Shown: positions 24,685 through 33,217 of the stretch, piece after piece
Layout: the number at the start of each line of letters is the position of its first letter
Numbering within the stretch: position 1 is the stretch's first letter
Virus record (IMG/VR): IMGVR_UViG_3300015188_000003
Coordinates: 1-40,896 of that record
Strand: one strand, 5' to 3'
Origin: a virus
Taxonomy: Duplodnaviria; Heunggongvirae; Uroviricota; Caudoviricetes
DNA: 40,896 nucleotides
Notes under the pieces: generated by a model
The model's database searches: none
What the model was told of the DNA's origin: nothing
The model's input: the letters and a program-made list of their open reading frames with translations, nothing else
Translations under genes and position numbers: made by a program

Positions 24685-26933
24685 ATATTGTTTTTGCAAC
24701 GCTGCGTAACACATTCGATAAAAACCCTGTAGCGCGTGAGATGCCGCTCGAGCAGTTTGTGGAGTATGTCTGCGATACATCGAAGCGTTTATCCGTGGAC
24801 CCGTCATGGACTAAGGAAGAGTACGACGCGGCCAAGATTAAACAGAAAGCTATTGCGCCTGTTGGCGGTCGCCGTAAGAACGCTATTCTGGAAGACAGTG
24901 TGGTTAAGTTCGATTTTGACCATCTCAACCGTACTCAGTACCGCGACCTTACCCGCAAATTCAAGAACGCACCGTTCTTCAATATTCTGCATACAACGGC
25001 ATCGCATCAGCATGTGTGTAAAAACGGTGATTACGCCTTCCGCGTTCTCGTACCGGCTCGCACGCCGTTTAACTCTAACGACGCGTGGATGGTCCAACGG
25101 GCTATTTGTGCAGAGTTAGAAATAGATGAAGCCTTGCGTGACCACTGCACGGAAGACGGCAACCGCCTTATCTATCTGCCACATAGAGAGTCAAAGATAA
25201 CGGTTACAGAAGGGCGCGTTATCCGTGCCGAGCGGTACATCAAGAAAGCCGAAGAGATGGGGTTGAGTAAACGTGAAGTTAAGACACTTGCCGCCGATGA
25301 GTATGGGCTTAACGCTGATATAGCGCATTTCTGCGAAGCCGAGCTTGGCCTTGACGCTTTATCTTCCGGGCGCGGGTACGAAGTCCCATGTCCTAACGAA
25401 CATCTGCATACAGGCAAAGGCTCCACAAGCATCATGCTTGATGGTAAAGAAGTGCGCTTTGTGTGCCAGCATACAAACAACGGCGCTTGCACCGAGCTTA
25501 ACCGCCGACAGCATTTGGCCCTGCGTATGTGCGGCCTGCCAGACGAGCTTAACGTAGACAAGCAACCTATCAGTATTAACAGCATTCGTGCGGCTCTGCC
25601 TGATTTACCGGATGAAGAGATTGAAGAACTGCACCGCACAGAGAACGAGGAGCCTGTAACTTGCACGCTGGAAGACCTTGAAGAAGAGGACGAGTTACCA
25701 GAACCGGTAAAGGCTGATTTCGTCGTTGAGGGGTACATGCCGTCGGATTGTATCTGGGATATTGTCGGGGAATCCGGCACGTACAAATCATTCTATACGC
25801 TGGGGATGATGTACCTGAGCGCCGCCGGGTACCGGTTTGCGGGGGCTGACACCCAACGTTGCCACCATTTCTATATTGACGGCGAGGGTGGTGCAGCTAC
25901 ACGAACACGTATTGATGCACTCGCGGCTAAATATGGCGAGGAAGGTAAAGATTATGTACATGTCATCGATATGGGCGAAATACTCGCTACGCATGGTGAT
26001 AAAAAAATTCCAGCTCTAATCCGCAGGATGCGCGAAACCGCAGGGGATGAACCTATTGGCATGGTTGCCTTCGACACCCTTAACCAGACGCTGGCCCTGA
26101 CGATTGATAAGTTCGACGAGAACAGTTCATCAACGGCAATCGGTATGGGTAAAGTTATCGCCATCCTGAAAGAAGTGCGCGATGCAACTAAAGCCGCTGT
26201 CGGTGTCGTTCACCATACTCCGAAGGGCGGAAAGAAAGCCCGCGGCAGTGGAGCATTGTATGCGGGTGTCGACGTGGAACTGACAATCGAACGCGCTACC
26301 GACCGTCAGATAAACGTATACCACTCTAAATTTAAGCACGGTCCGCAACAGAAGACGGTTGGCATGGTACTGGAGTCTGTACAGTTCCGTGAAGCACCGC
26401 CGCCGAAAGAGTACCGCGCGGTTGAGTTCCTCGGTAGCACAGAGGAATACGGCACAATAGTAAACCTCGACCTGCCTGAGCCGCACAAGGCGCTTGTATT
26501 GATGCCGTGGGGCTTCGAGCCATTCAAGACCGACGAGGAGAAAGAGAGGGAAGAAGGGTTAACTAACGAAGGTAAACAAAATGTACGTAAAACCATAGAG
26601 AACGCCGTCAACAGTTCCGAGGCCACGATACTCGCGGCGTTTGAACTGGCGGAGGGGACCTACAACGGCAACGAGGGCATCACGGTATCCGCAGCGAATA
26701 AGCTCGCGCAGTCTGACCCCAACGCAAAGGCGTTTAACTCCAAAGAAGCCATAGAACGCGGGAAGATTAAGAAAATGGTTGAGGCTGGGTATCTTGTTCC
26801 GGGTACTGACGAAAACAATCAGATAATCACAGGCCGTTACAGGCTGAATACCCGGATAACGGATAACAAGATTCCGAAGACACTATACGAACCGAATGAA
26901 ATGCTGGTGGTGACCGAGGATGATTTGGAATAA
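24681..26933 (+). CDS. replicative primase-helicase (primase-like N-terminal region, RecA/DnaB-like ATPase C-terminal region)
   Basis: 750 aa; Walker A-like VGESGTYKS; KFDFDH acidic motif; first large gene of replication block. Confidence 0.65.
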   Translation: MNIVFATLRNTFDKNPVAREMPLEQFVEYVCDTSKRLSVDPSWTKEEYDAAKIKQKAIAPVGGRRKNAILEDSVVKFDFDHLNRTQYRDLTRKFKNAPFFNILHTTASHQHVCKNGDYAFRVLVPARTPFNSNDAWMVQRAICAELEIDEALRDHCTEDGNRLIYLPHRESKITVTEGRVIRAERYIKKAEEMGLSKREVKTLAADEYGLNADIAHFCEAELGLDALSSGRGYEVPCPNEHLHTGKGSTSIMLDGKEVRFVCQHTNNGACTELNRRQHLALRMCGLPDELNVDKQPISINSIRAALPDLPDEEIEELHRTENEEPVTCTLEDLEEEDELPEPVKADFVVEGYMPSDCIWDIVGESGTYKSFYTLGMMYLSAAGYRFAGADTQRCHHFYIDGEGGAATRTRIDALAAKYGEEGKDYVHVIDMGEILATHGDKKIPALIRRMRETAGDEPIGMVAFDTLNQTLALTIDKFDENSSSTAIGMGKVIAILKEVRDATKAAVGVVHHTPKGGKKARGSGALYAGVDVELTIERATDRQINVYHSKFKHGPQQKTVGMVLESVQFREAPPPKEYRAVEFLGSTEEYGTIVNLDLPEPHKALVLMPWGFEPFKTDEEKEREEGLTNEGKQNVRKTIENAVNSSEATILAAFELAEGTYNGNEGITVSAANKLAQSDPNAKAFNSKEAIERGKIKKMVEAGYLVPGTDENNQIITGRYRLNTRITDNKIPKTLYEPNEMLVVTEDDLE

Positions 26934-26960
26934 GTAAAAAGAAAGGGGCATTAAGCCCCT
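26931..26960 (-). terminator. terminator for the regulator gene (AGGGGC-loop-GCCCCT + U-tract on - strand)
   Basis: Hairpin overlaps stop of 26951..27166. Confidence 0.6.
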
Positions 26961-27166
26961 TCACCGAACGCCAGCCACTTGGCGTCTACTTGTAGCACTT
27001 CCGCCAGCTTGAACAGCGTCGCCGGCCGGACGTCCTGAGTTACCCCGAGCGCAAGCTGGTTAATCGCGCCCTGGGAAACGCCAGCCAGGACCGCCAGACG
27101 GCGCTGGGAGATGCCGAGTTCTTTACGGCGTTGTTCTACGCGGATACCTAGTTCAGATGGTTGCAT
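26951..27166 (-). CDS. XRE/Cro-CI-type HTH transcriptional regulator (71 aa)
   Basis: LGISQRRLAVLAGVSQGAINQL helix-turn-helix; divergent from operator-bearing promoters. Confidence 0.8.
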   Translation of the reverse strand: MQPSELGIRVEQRRKELGISQRRLAVLAGVSQGAINQLALGVTQDVRPATLFKLAEVLQVDAKWLAFGEGA

Positions 27167-27186
27167 GTCAATTATTCCTTAGTCAG

Positions 27187-27215
27187 TTGATATGTGAATA
27201 GTACCATATTAATTA
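27187..27215. promoter_or_regulatory. operator 18-mer TGAATAGTACCATATTAA (27195..27212) in divergent region with weak promoter elements
   Basis: Motif family member 25 nt upstream of the regulator start codon. Confidence 0.4.
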
Positions 27216-27230
27216 TTTTAGAAAAGCCCA

Positions 27231-27259
27231 TTGACACGTGAATAGTTCGCTATTATAGT
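27231..27259 (+). promoter_or_regulatory. strong sigma70-like promoter TTGACA-N17-TATAGT with operator 18-mer in the spacer (27239..27256)
   Basis: Consensus -35, 17-bp spacer; operator occupies the spacer. Confidence 0.55.
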
Positions 27260-27290
27260 TAACCCATACCAAACGAGAGGAGAGAAACAA

Positions 27291-27791
27291 ATGTTAGAAC
27301 AATTCTTAAAATTACTGGAACGTTTCGTAGTTGCACATGAACTGATTGCGGCGAACAGCGTTCGCCGTACGGAACTGCCGAAGGCCATTACTGCGCCGTA
27401 TGGTAAAGACGCTGACAGCGGTGATGCAGAAACCGCAACAATCGCGACGACAAAAGAACTTCCAGTAGAAGGTGAAGACGTCGTCGACACTAAACCGGCG
27501 GAAGAAGAGAAGCCGAAACGCAAGCCGCGTAAAGCTAAGGCGGAGGAGCCAGCACCAGAACCGGAAGAGGATAAAGAAGAAGTCGATTACCAGTCTCTGC
27601 GCGACCAGATTCAGGCTATAGACGATGCTATTAACGAAGGCCCGAGCGATGCCGCGTGCGACGACTCTGATGAACTGCTGGAAGAGTTCACCGGCAAGAA
27701 GATGAAGATTGCCGCGATTAAAGACGAAGACCTGGCTGAATACCTGGAGCGCCTGACCGCGATTAAGAACAAGTATTTCGAAGAAGAATAA
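27291..27791 (+). CDS. highly acidic early protein (166 aa), function unknown
   Basis: AGGAG SD; Glu/Asp-rich with PEK-rich linker; first gene after operator-controlled promoter. Confidence 0.75.
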   Translation: MLEQFLKLLERFVVAHELIAANSVRRTELPKAITAPYGKDADSGDAETATIATTKELPVEGEDVVDTKPAEEEKPKRKPRKAKAEEPAPEPEEDKEEVDYQSLRDQIQAIDDAINEGPSDAACDDSDELLEEFTGKKMKIAAIKDEDLAEYLERLTAIKNKYFEEE

Positions 27792-27796
27792 TTTAT

Positions 27797-27817
27797 CGGC
27801 GGCCTTCGGGCCGCTTT
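27797..27817 (+). terminator. weak terminator/attenuator hairpin (GCGGCC-TTCG-GGCCGC + TTT)
   Basis: Tetraloop hairpin right after stop at 27791. Confidence 0.35.
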
Positions 27818-27834
27818 AACAGAGGGTCGGAAAT

Positions 27835-28107
27835 ATGATTTACCAACTCTACCGCGGCATCGACCGACGGGATAACACAGAGGCGTTGTGGCTGTTGCGT
27901 GCGCCGACAGGTGCACACCAGATGGAGGAGATGGCCTACCTCGGAAAAGTACCGAAGCCGAAAGATATAGGCCGTCACCTGTCGCAGATTAAGCGTACGA
28001 CTTTCGTTAAAAGTGACTTTTATGTCTTCGAGTCTATGTATAGCTGGGCGATGCATTGCCAGCACAAAACTCGGCATTTAATTGACCAGTGGGAGGTCAG
28101 GGTATGA
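27835..28107 (+). CDS. hypothetical protein (90 aa)
   Basis: AGAGGG SD; ATGA overlap with nuclease gene. Confidence 0.65.
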   Translation: MIYQLYRGIDRRDNTEALWLLRAPTGAHQMEEMAYLGKVPKPKDIGRHLSQIKRTTFVKSDFYVFESMYSWAMHCQHKTRHLIDQWEVRV

Positions 28108-29345
28108 TTTTGAAAGAACGCGGTGGCAATAACGATGTGCACGCTCTGCTGTCGCCGTCTGGTGCTAAGAAATGGTTGGCGTGCAGTGCATCGCTGGCAT
28201 GTGAAAAAGACATTCCTAACACGTCAGGTAAAGCCGCCATATCAGGCACGGCTATGCACACGATATCTGAGATTCACCTGAATCAGTACATCAAAGGAAC
28301 TGCTTTGCCGTTAGAACGAGAAGTCGGCGCTTACGTGCTGGATGAGGGTAAAGGTCAGATTAAGGCGCTAATCAGTCCGATGAAAGGTGCGGTACTTATT
28401 ACGGCTGACATGATTGAGCAGGTACGCAAGTACACCGACTACTGCAAAGCGATTATTGACGTGGCGACTTACGCTAAGCTGGAGATGCGCGTAAATCTTA
28501 CTGAGGTGCTGCATCCGGGTTACGAAGGCGTTGAGACGTTCGGAACCGCCGACCTTGTAGCCGTGCAGGAACTGGCTAACACCGACGGGCACATGCTCAT
28601 TATCGGTGACCTGAAAACCGGGCGACATCGTGTCGAAGCGAAAGAAAACAAGCAGCTTATGCTTTACGCTCTCGGTGTTTATCGCCGACTCAAGAGACGC
28701 TATAACATCACCGTGGTTCGTCTGGTCATCTTCCAGCCGTATGCTGGAGGCGCGTCGGAATGGGACATCTCGGTTGAAGGTCTGGAGCTGTTCGCTAAGT
28801 TCGCGCGGAAACGAGCGCTGTTAGCCCTTGATGCTTATTCCCGTGGCAAGAAGAACCTTAAAGCGTCGGACTTCAAGCCGTCGGTAGATGGTTGTCAGTG
28901 GTGTCGTTTCTCGGAACAGTGCGCAGCTCGTACAAAAACCGTTAACGCGGTACTGGCGGAAGAACTTGAGGACGACTGTGCGCTGGAACTTACGCCAGAG
29001 CAACTCGTCGCTGAGTATGAGAAGCTGCCGTTGTTGCGCCAGCACATCGACAAGGTTGAGAAAGCGATGGCTGCTGCTTTGCATTCAGGTAAGAAAGTGC
29101 CAGGATACAAACTGGTTGAAGGTCGCCCCGGTAATCGTGCGTGGAAAGATACCGACGCAGTATTCGAGAAGTACGGTACTATGCTGCAAAAGGTAGTTCT
29201 TATGACACCGACCGAAGCGGTTAAAATTGTACCGGAAGAAGAACTGAAAGACTTCATTACCCGTAAGCCCGGTGCGCCATGCGTCGCAACGGCGGATGAC
29301 ACACGTCCTGAGTGGAATCAAGTTACAGAGGAGGATTTAGAATGA
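28104..29345 (+). CDS. PD-(D/E)xK nuclease, Cas4/RecB-like with Cys cluster (DUF2800-like)
   Basis: GDLKTG and QLMLYALG nuclease motifs; C-terminal CQWCRFSEQC; ATG 28104 (track start 28089 alternative). Confidence 0.7.
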   Translation: MILKERGGNNDVHALLSPSGAKKWLACSASLACEKDIPNTSGKAAISGTAMHTISEIHLNQYIKGTALPLEREVGAYVLDEGKGQIKALISPMKGAVLITADMIEQVRKYTDYCKAIIDVATYAKLEMRVNLTEVLHPGYEGVETFGTADLVAVQELANTDGHMLIIGDLKTGRHRVEAKENKQLMLYALGVYRRLKRRYNITVVRLVIFQPYAGGASEWDISVEGLELFAKFARKRALLALDAYSRGKKNLKASDFKPSVDGCQWCRFSEQCAARTKTVNAVLAEELEDDCALELTPEQLVAEYEKLPLLRQHIDKVEKAMAAALHSGKKVPGYKLVEGRPGNRAWKDTDAVFEKYGTMLQKVVLMTPTEAVKIVPEEELKDFITRKPGAPCVATADDTRPEWNQVTEEDLE

Positions 29346-29545
29346 TTCAAGTAAATGAAATGCCGACTGATAAAGATTTTTTGATGGTATGGCGCTGGGA
29401 TGGGTATCTACACTCGGAATCGTTCACGTTCTTGAACGGTACCATGATGCGATACGACCCTGTAGAGGATGAGTTCGAACCGGCCAATATGCTTAATTTC
29501 GAGAACATAATCCCTATTGCAAAATTTTATTTGACACATGAATAG
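29342..29545 (+). CDS. hypothetical protein (67 aa)
   Basis: ATGA overlap with nuclease stop; last codons overlap promoter 29531..29559. Confidence 0.6.
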   Translation: MIQVNEMPTDKDFLMVWRWDGYLHSESFTFLNGTMMRYDPVEDEFEPANMLNFENIIPIAKFYLTHE

Positions 29546-29559
29546 TTAGCTATTATAGT
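29531..29559 (+). promoter_or_regulatory. sigma70-like promoter TTGACA-N17-TATAGT with operator 18-mer (29539..29556), overlapping the 3' end of the upstream CDS
   Basis: Same architecture as 27231..27259. Confidence 0.5.
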
Positions 29560-29617
29560 TCTAATCACTGGCCGGGCAGATCCCGGAGTAAACTGAAACT
29601 GAAAAGCGAGAAATCAA

Positions 29618-30244
29618 ATGGGACTGAAATTAAATCTGCGTAAAGTAAACACTGCCTGGGTTAACGTATTCGAACGCGAAAAAGACCGTGAAAACGACGA
29701 TGGCTCAATCACTAAAGGTCAGTACAGCGCTACTATTATCCTGCCGTCCGACCACGCGCAAATCGACGCGCTCTACGACACCGTTTACGCGGTAGTCGAA
29801 GAAGCGTTAGGCGCCGCCGCTGCCGAGAAATGGATGAAGTCCAACTACGGCGAAGGTAAGCACATGGATAAATGTGCGATTAAAGACATTGCCGAGCGCG
29901 ACAATCCGTTCGAAGACTTCCCGGAAGGCTTCTACTTCAAAGCGAAGGCACAGAAACAGCCTCTGATTGTAACCTCTAAAAAAGGTGAAACTCAGGTAGA
30001 GCCTGACTTCAACGTTGAAGGCGAACAGATTGAAGGTGGACAGGTTTACAGCGGCTGCGTTGCCAACGTAAGCGTGGAAGTCTGGTTTAGCCAGAAATAC
30101 AAAGTTCTCGGTGTTAACCTGCTGGCAATTAAATACGTCGGCGAAGGTAAAGCGTTTGGTGGTTCTAAAGTTGCCGCCAGCGTCAACGACCTGGAAGACG
30201 ACGAAGAAGATGAAGCACCTCGCCGCGAACGTCGCCGCCGTTAA
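29618..30244 (+). CDS. DUF2815-like putative ssDNA-binding protein
   Basis: 208 aa with acidic C-terminal tail, between Cas4-like nuclease and DNA polymerase. Confidence 0.55.
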   Translation: MGLKLNLRKVNTAWVNVFEREKDRENDDGSITKGQYSATIILPSDHAQIDALYDTVYAVVEEALGAAAAEKWMKSNYGEGKHMDKCAIKDIAERDNPFEDFPEGFYFKAKAQKQPLIVTSKKGETQVEPDFNVEGEQIEGGQVYSGCVANVSVEVWFSQKYKVLGVNLLAIKYVGEGKAFGGSKVAASVNDLEDDEEDEAPRRERRRR

Positions 30245-30261
30245 TATCTGAATCAATTTAA

Positions 30262-30288
30262 CTAAGGCCCTTCATTGGGCCTTTTTAC
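30262..30288 (+). terminator. rho-independent terminator (AAGGCCC-TTCATT-GGGCCTT + T-run)
   Basis: GC hairpin then TTTTT after stop at 30244. Confidence 0.65.
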
Positions 30289-30303
30289 TAAGGGTCGAAA
30301 ATA

Positions 30304-32505
30304 ATGAGTTACCTGTTCTTAGACTTTGAGACATTCTCCGAAGCCGATTTAAAGAAAGTCGGCTCTTACGCTTACGCCGAACACCCAACTACAGAAGTGC
30401 TTATCTGTACATATGCTTTTGACGACGAGCCTGTTCAGGTGTGGGATTGCACCGACGGCAGCGACATGCCGGGCGATTTGCACCGCGCGCTACGTCGCCT
30501 GATTAAGCCAAACAGCCGTATTAAGATGGTGTGGCACAACGGTGGACTTTTCGATAGGCTCGTCATGAAGCACTGCTGGGGCTTTGATATTCCCGTAAGC
30601 AACACCATTGATACGATGATTTGGGCGTTTCGTCACGCGCTGCCGGGGTCACTCGATGCGCTGTGCGAAGTGCTGGGCGTGTCTGCAGACAACGCGAAAG
30701 ACAAACGCGGCAAGGCGCTGATTCAGCGTTTTTCTAAACCTACGCCAAAGAACTACAAAATCCGCCGCTATACCGCGGAAACGCACCCGGATGAGTGGGC
30801 GCTGTTTATCAAGTATGCCGTGAGTGACATCACAGCGATGCGTGAAGTGTTCCATAAGCTGCCGCGGTGGGGTAACTCCGAATTCGAAGACCGTGTACTG
30901 GAACTGGACCAGTTAATCAACGACCGTGGGTTTAAGGTTGATGTGACGCTGGCGGAAGCCGCGATTGAAGCCGTGGAAAAACACAAGGCCCAGTTACAGG
31001 AAGAAGCCCAACGCAAATACGGCGGCTCACTTACCGGTAAAGACTTTCTGCCGATTCTGCGTGAACTTGCGCCAGCGCACCGCATTCACAACGCGCAGAA
31101 GTCAACGCTTAACGACCTGCTGGCGGACGATGATTTACCGGACGACGCCCGCGCGATTATAGAAATGCGCCTCGGGGCGGCATCCACTGCGTCAACGAAA
31201 TATAGCCCTCTGCTGTTGGGCCGCTCGTCTGACGACCGTCGTCGCGGTTGCCTGCAGTACGGTGGGGCAAAACGTACTCTGCGATGGGCCGGTAAAGGCT
31301 TCCAGCCACAGAACCTGGCACGCGGTTACTATCACGATGATGAGCTGGATAAAGGCATTTCGGCGTTACTTAAGGGCCGCGCCCATCGCCGTTTCGATGT
31401 AGCCAAGCTAACAGCATCGACGGTTCGTAGCTGCATTATCCCGGAAGCAGGACATAAGTTTGTCGTCGCCGATTACTCGAACGTTGAAGGCCGAGGGCTT
31501 GCGTGGCTGGCTGGTGAAGAAACCGCCCTCGATACGTTCCGCGCTGGACTGGATATTTACTGCGTAACAGCAGGTAAGATGTTCGGTATGGACCCCGACG
31601 ATATTAAGAAAAACTTCAAGGAAATCAGGCAGATAGGCAAGGCTTGCGAACTCGGCCTCGGCTATGAGGGGGGCGTCGGAGCGTTCGTTACGTTCGCTAA
31701 AAACTTAGGTCTTGATCTTATCGAGATGACAAAAACAATGGACGGTACATTCCCCGACCACATATGGGCTGCTACCGCACGTGGCTATGAGTGGGCGCGT
31801 ATCCAGGAAGCAAAGCGACCGCCGCATCCGGGTGAAAAGGATGACCGACCATCGTATATCCTCGATAAGAAAGTGTGGCGTACTTGTGATGCTATCAAGC
31901 GTATGTGGCGCGAGTCACACCCCGAAACAGTAGCGTTCTGGCGCGACCTTAAAGACGGAATTTTAGCCGCTGTTCGTAATCCTGGTCGTGAATTTTGGGC
32001 AGGGGCACACTTGCGCAGGAATGGGGAAAGGGCTATCCGCATATGGCGTACTGTGGAATTTGATTCATCCGGTAGGAAGGTTCCGGGTTGGTGGTTGTGT
32101 ATGGAGTTGCCGTCAGGCCGTATCCTCTCATATCCGGGAATCGGCGTTAGTGTGACAAAGGAAACCGACGAAGACGGACGGGTAAATACGAATGTGCGAA
32201 TAAAATATAAGGGCGAAAACCAGTTAACCCGCCAATGGACTACCCTGTACACCCACGGCGGCAAAGCCTGCGAAAACATTGTTCAGGCGCTGTGCCGTGA
32301 TTTACTTGCGTATGCGATGATTAATGTTGAGGGTGGCGGGTATCCCATCGTGCTTTCGGTACACGATGAATTAGTGTGTGAAACTCCTGATACACCTGAG
32401 TACACGGTGGCTGAACTGGAGAAATTAATGTGTTCGCTGCCCGAGTGGGCTGAGGGGTTCCCTCTTGTAGCAGAAGGTGCGGAGATGAAGCGTTATGCCA
32501 AGTAA
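30304..32505 (+). CDS. family A DNA polymerase with 3'-5' exonuclease domain
   Basis: 733 aa; N-terminal FLDFETFS exonuclease motif; C-terminal polymerase-like region. Confidence 0.85.
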   Translation: MSYLFLDFETFSEADLKKVGSYAYAEHPTTEVLICTYAFDDEPVQVWDCTDGSDMPGDLHRALRRLIKPNSRIKMVWHNGGLFDRLVMKHCWGFDIPVSNTIDTMIWAFRHALPGSLDALCEVLGVSADNAKDKRGKALIQRFSKPTPKNYKIRRYTAETHPDEWALFIKYAVSDITAMREVFHKLPRWGNSEFEDRVLELDQLINDRGFKVDVTLAEAAIEAVEKHKAQLQEEAQRKYGGSLTGKDFLPILRELAPAHRIHNAQKSTLNDLLADDDLPDDARAIIEMRLGAASTASTKYSPLLLGRSSDDRRRGCLQYGGAKRTLRWAGKGFQPQNLARGYYHDDELDKGISALLKGRAHRRFDVAKLTASTVRSCIIPEAGHKFVVADYSNVEGRGLAWLAGEETALDTFRAGLDIYCVTAGKMFGMDPDDIKKNFKEIRQIGKACELGLGYEGGVGAFVTFAKNLGLDLIEMTKTMDGTFPDHIWAATARGYEWARIQEAKRPPHPGEKDDRPSYILDKKVWRTCDAIKRMWRESHPETVAFWRDLKDGILAAVRNPGREFWAGAHLRRNGERAIRIWRTVEFDSSGRKVPGWWLCMELPSGRILSYPGIGVSVTKETDEDGRVNTNVRIKYKGENQLTRQWTTLYTHGGKACENIVQALCRDLLAYAMINVEGGGYPIVLSVHDELVCETPDTPEYTVAELEKLMCSLPEWAEGFPLVAEGAEMKRYAK

Positions 32506-32626
32506 ACTGATTATCGCGGTACTGGCTGGATTCGCCGCCGGTGTTTACTGTCATGAGGGTCAGTACGGCATGATGGTTGCCGTATTGGGTATATTCATCG
32601 CAATTTATCTGTGGGTGCTGGAATGA
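32495..32626 (+). CDS. small hydrophobic membrane peptide (43 aa), not on ORF track
   Basis: MPSKLIIAVLAGFAAGV...; overlaps polymerase stop and next ATG. Confidence 0.35.
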   Translation: MPSKLIIAVLAGFAAGVYCHEGQYGMMVAVLGIFIAIYLWVLE

Positions 32627-32721
32627 AAATTTACTGGTTATATGAAGAAGACTGTCGAATCTGCCCTCGCTGCGGTATCGCGCATACGAAACGGGAGGGG
32701 TGTATAGATGAGTACGCCTGA
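32623..32721 (+). CDS. small Cys-rich (CxxCxxC) peptide (32 aa), not on ORF track
   Basis: ATGA overlap upstream; DCRICPRCG zinc-ribbon-like motif. Confidence 0.3.
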   Translation: MKIYWLYEEDCRICPRCGIAHTKREGCIDEYA

Positions 32722-32995
32722 GGGGCGCGTGCAGAAATACGCAAAAGAGCGATTCGAGGCCCTGGGAGGCCTCGTACGCAAATTGTCGTACGAGGGGCGT
32801 TCCGGCGCCCCCGACCTGCTGGTAATTCTCCCTGGTGGCATCATCTGGTTCGTCGAGGTTAAGAAAGACGAAAACACGAAGCCGGACCCGCACCAGTTAC
32901 GAGAGCACGAGCGGATGCGTAAACGTGGTGCAAATGTTTTTGTCGTTGGTTCGTTTAAACAGGTTGACGACCTAATAGCGGGCTATTATAGTTAA
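32708..32995 (+). CDS. VRR-NUC domain nuclease
   Basis: GAPDLLVILPGGIIWFVEVKK...PHQ resembles VRR-NUC core. Confidence 0.7.
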   Translation: MSTPEGRVQKYAKERFEALGGLVRKLSYEGRSGAPDLLVILPGGIIWFVEVKKDENTKPDPHQLREHERMRKRGANVFVVGSFKQVDDLIAGYYS

Positions 32996-33025
32996 TCACA
33001 CACCAACAATATAAGGAATTGAGAA

Positions 33026-33217
33026 ATGAAACACGAATACGACCGCAAACCAGCACGTGACATCGTACCGGGTGACATGATTTTCAACGTTAAGACACGT
33101 CAACCTGTTGCCGTTGATACGGTGTTCGTCGAGTCGAACGGTAAACTGGTTATCGAAGATGTAACGGGTAACGTTACGGCGTTCGGGCGTAAAGAGCTGG
33201 TGCTGGTGGCGAAATGA
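33026..33217 (+). CDS. hypothetical protein (63 aa)
   Basis: AAGGA SD; ATGA overlap with methyltransferase gene. Confidence 0.65.
   Translation: MKHEYDRKPARDIVPGDMIFNVKTRQPVAVDTVFVESNGKLVIEDVTGNVTAFGRKELVLVAK

Noticed and set aside
24431-25786. - strand ORFs 24431..24928 and 25172..25786 inside the primase-helicase region
   Set aside because: Antisense to a gene with coupled start and Walker motif; low-complexity Ser/Arg-rich translations.
27218-27523. - strand ORF antisense to the acidic protein gene
   Set aside because: Ser-rich shadow of an acidic coding region; would overlap the promoter/operator region.
31785-32893. - strand ORFs inside the DNA polymerase and VRR-NUC genes
   Set aside because: Shadow ORFs; the + strand genes have recognisable motifs and coupling.
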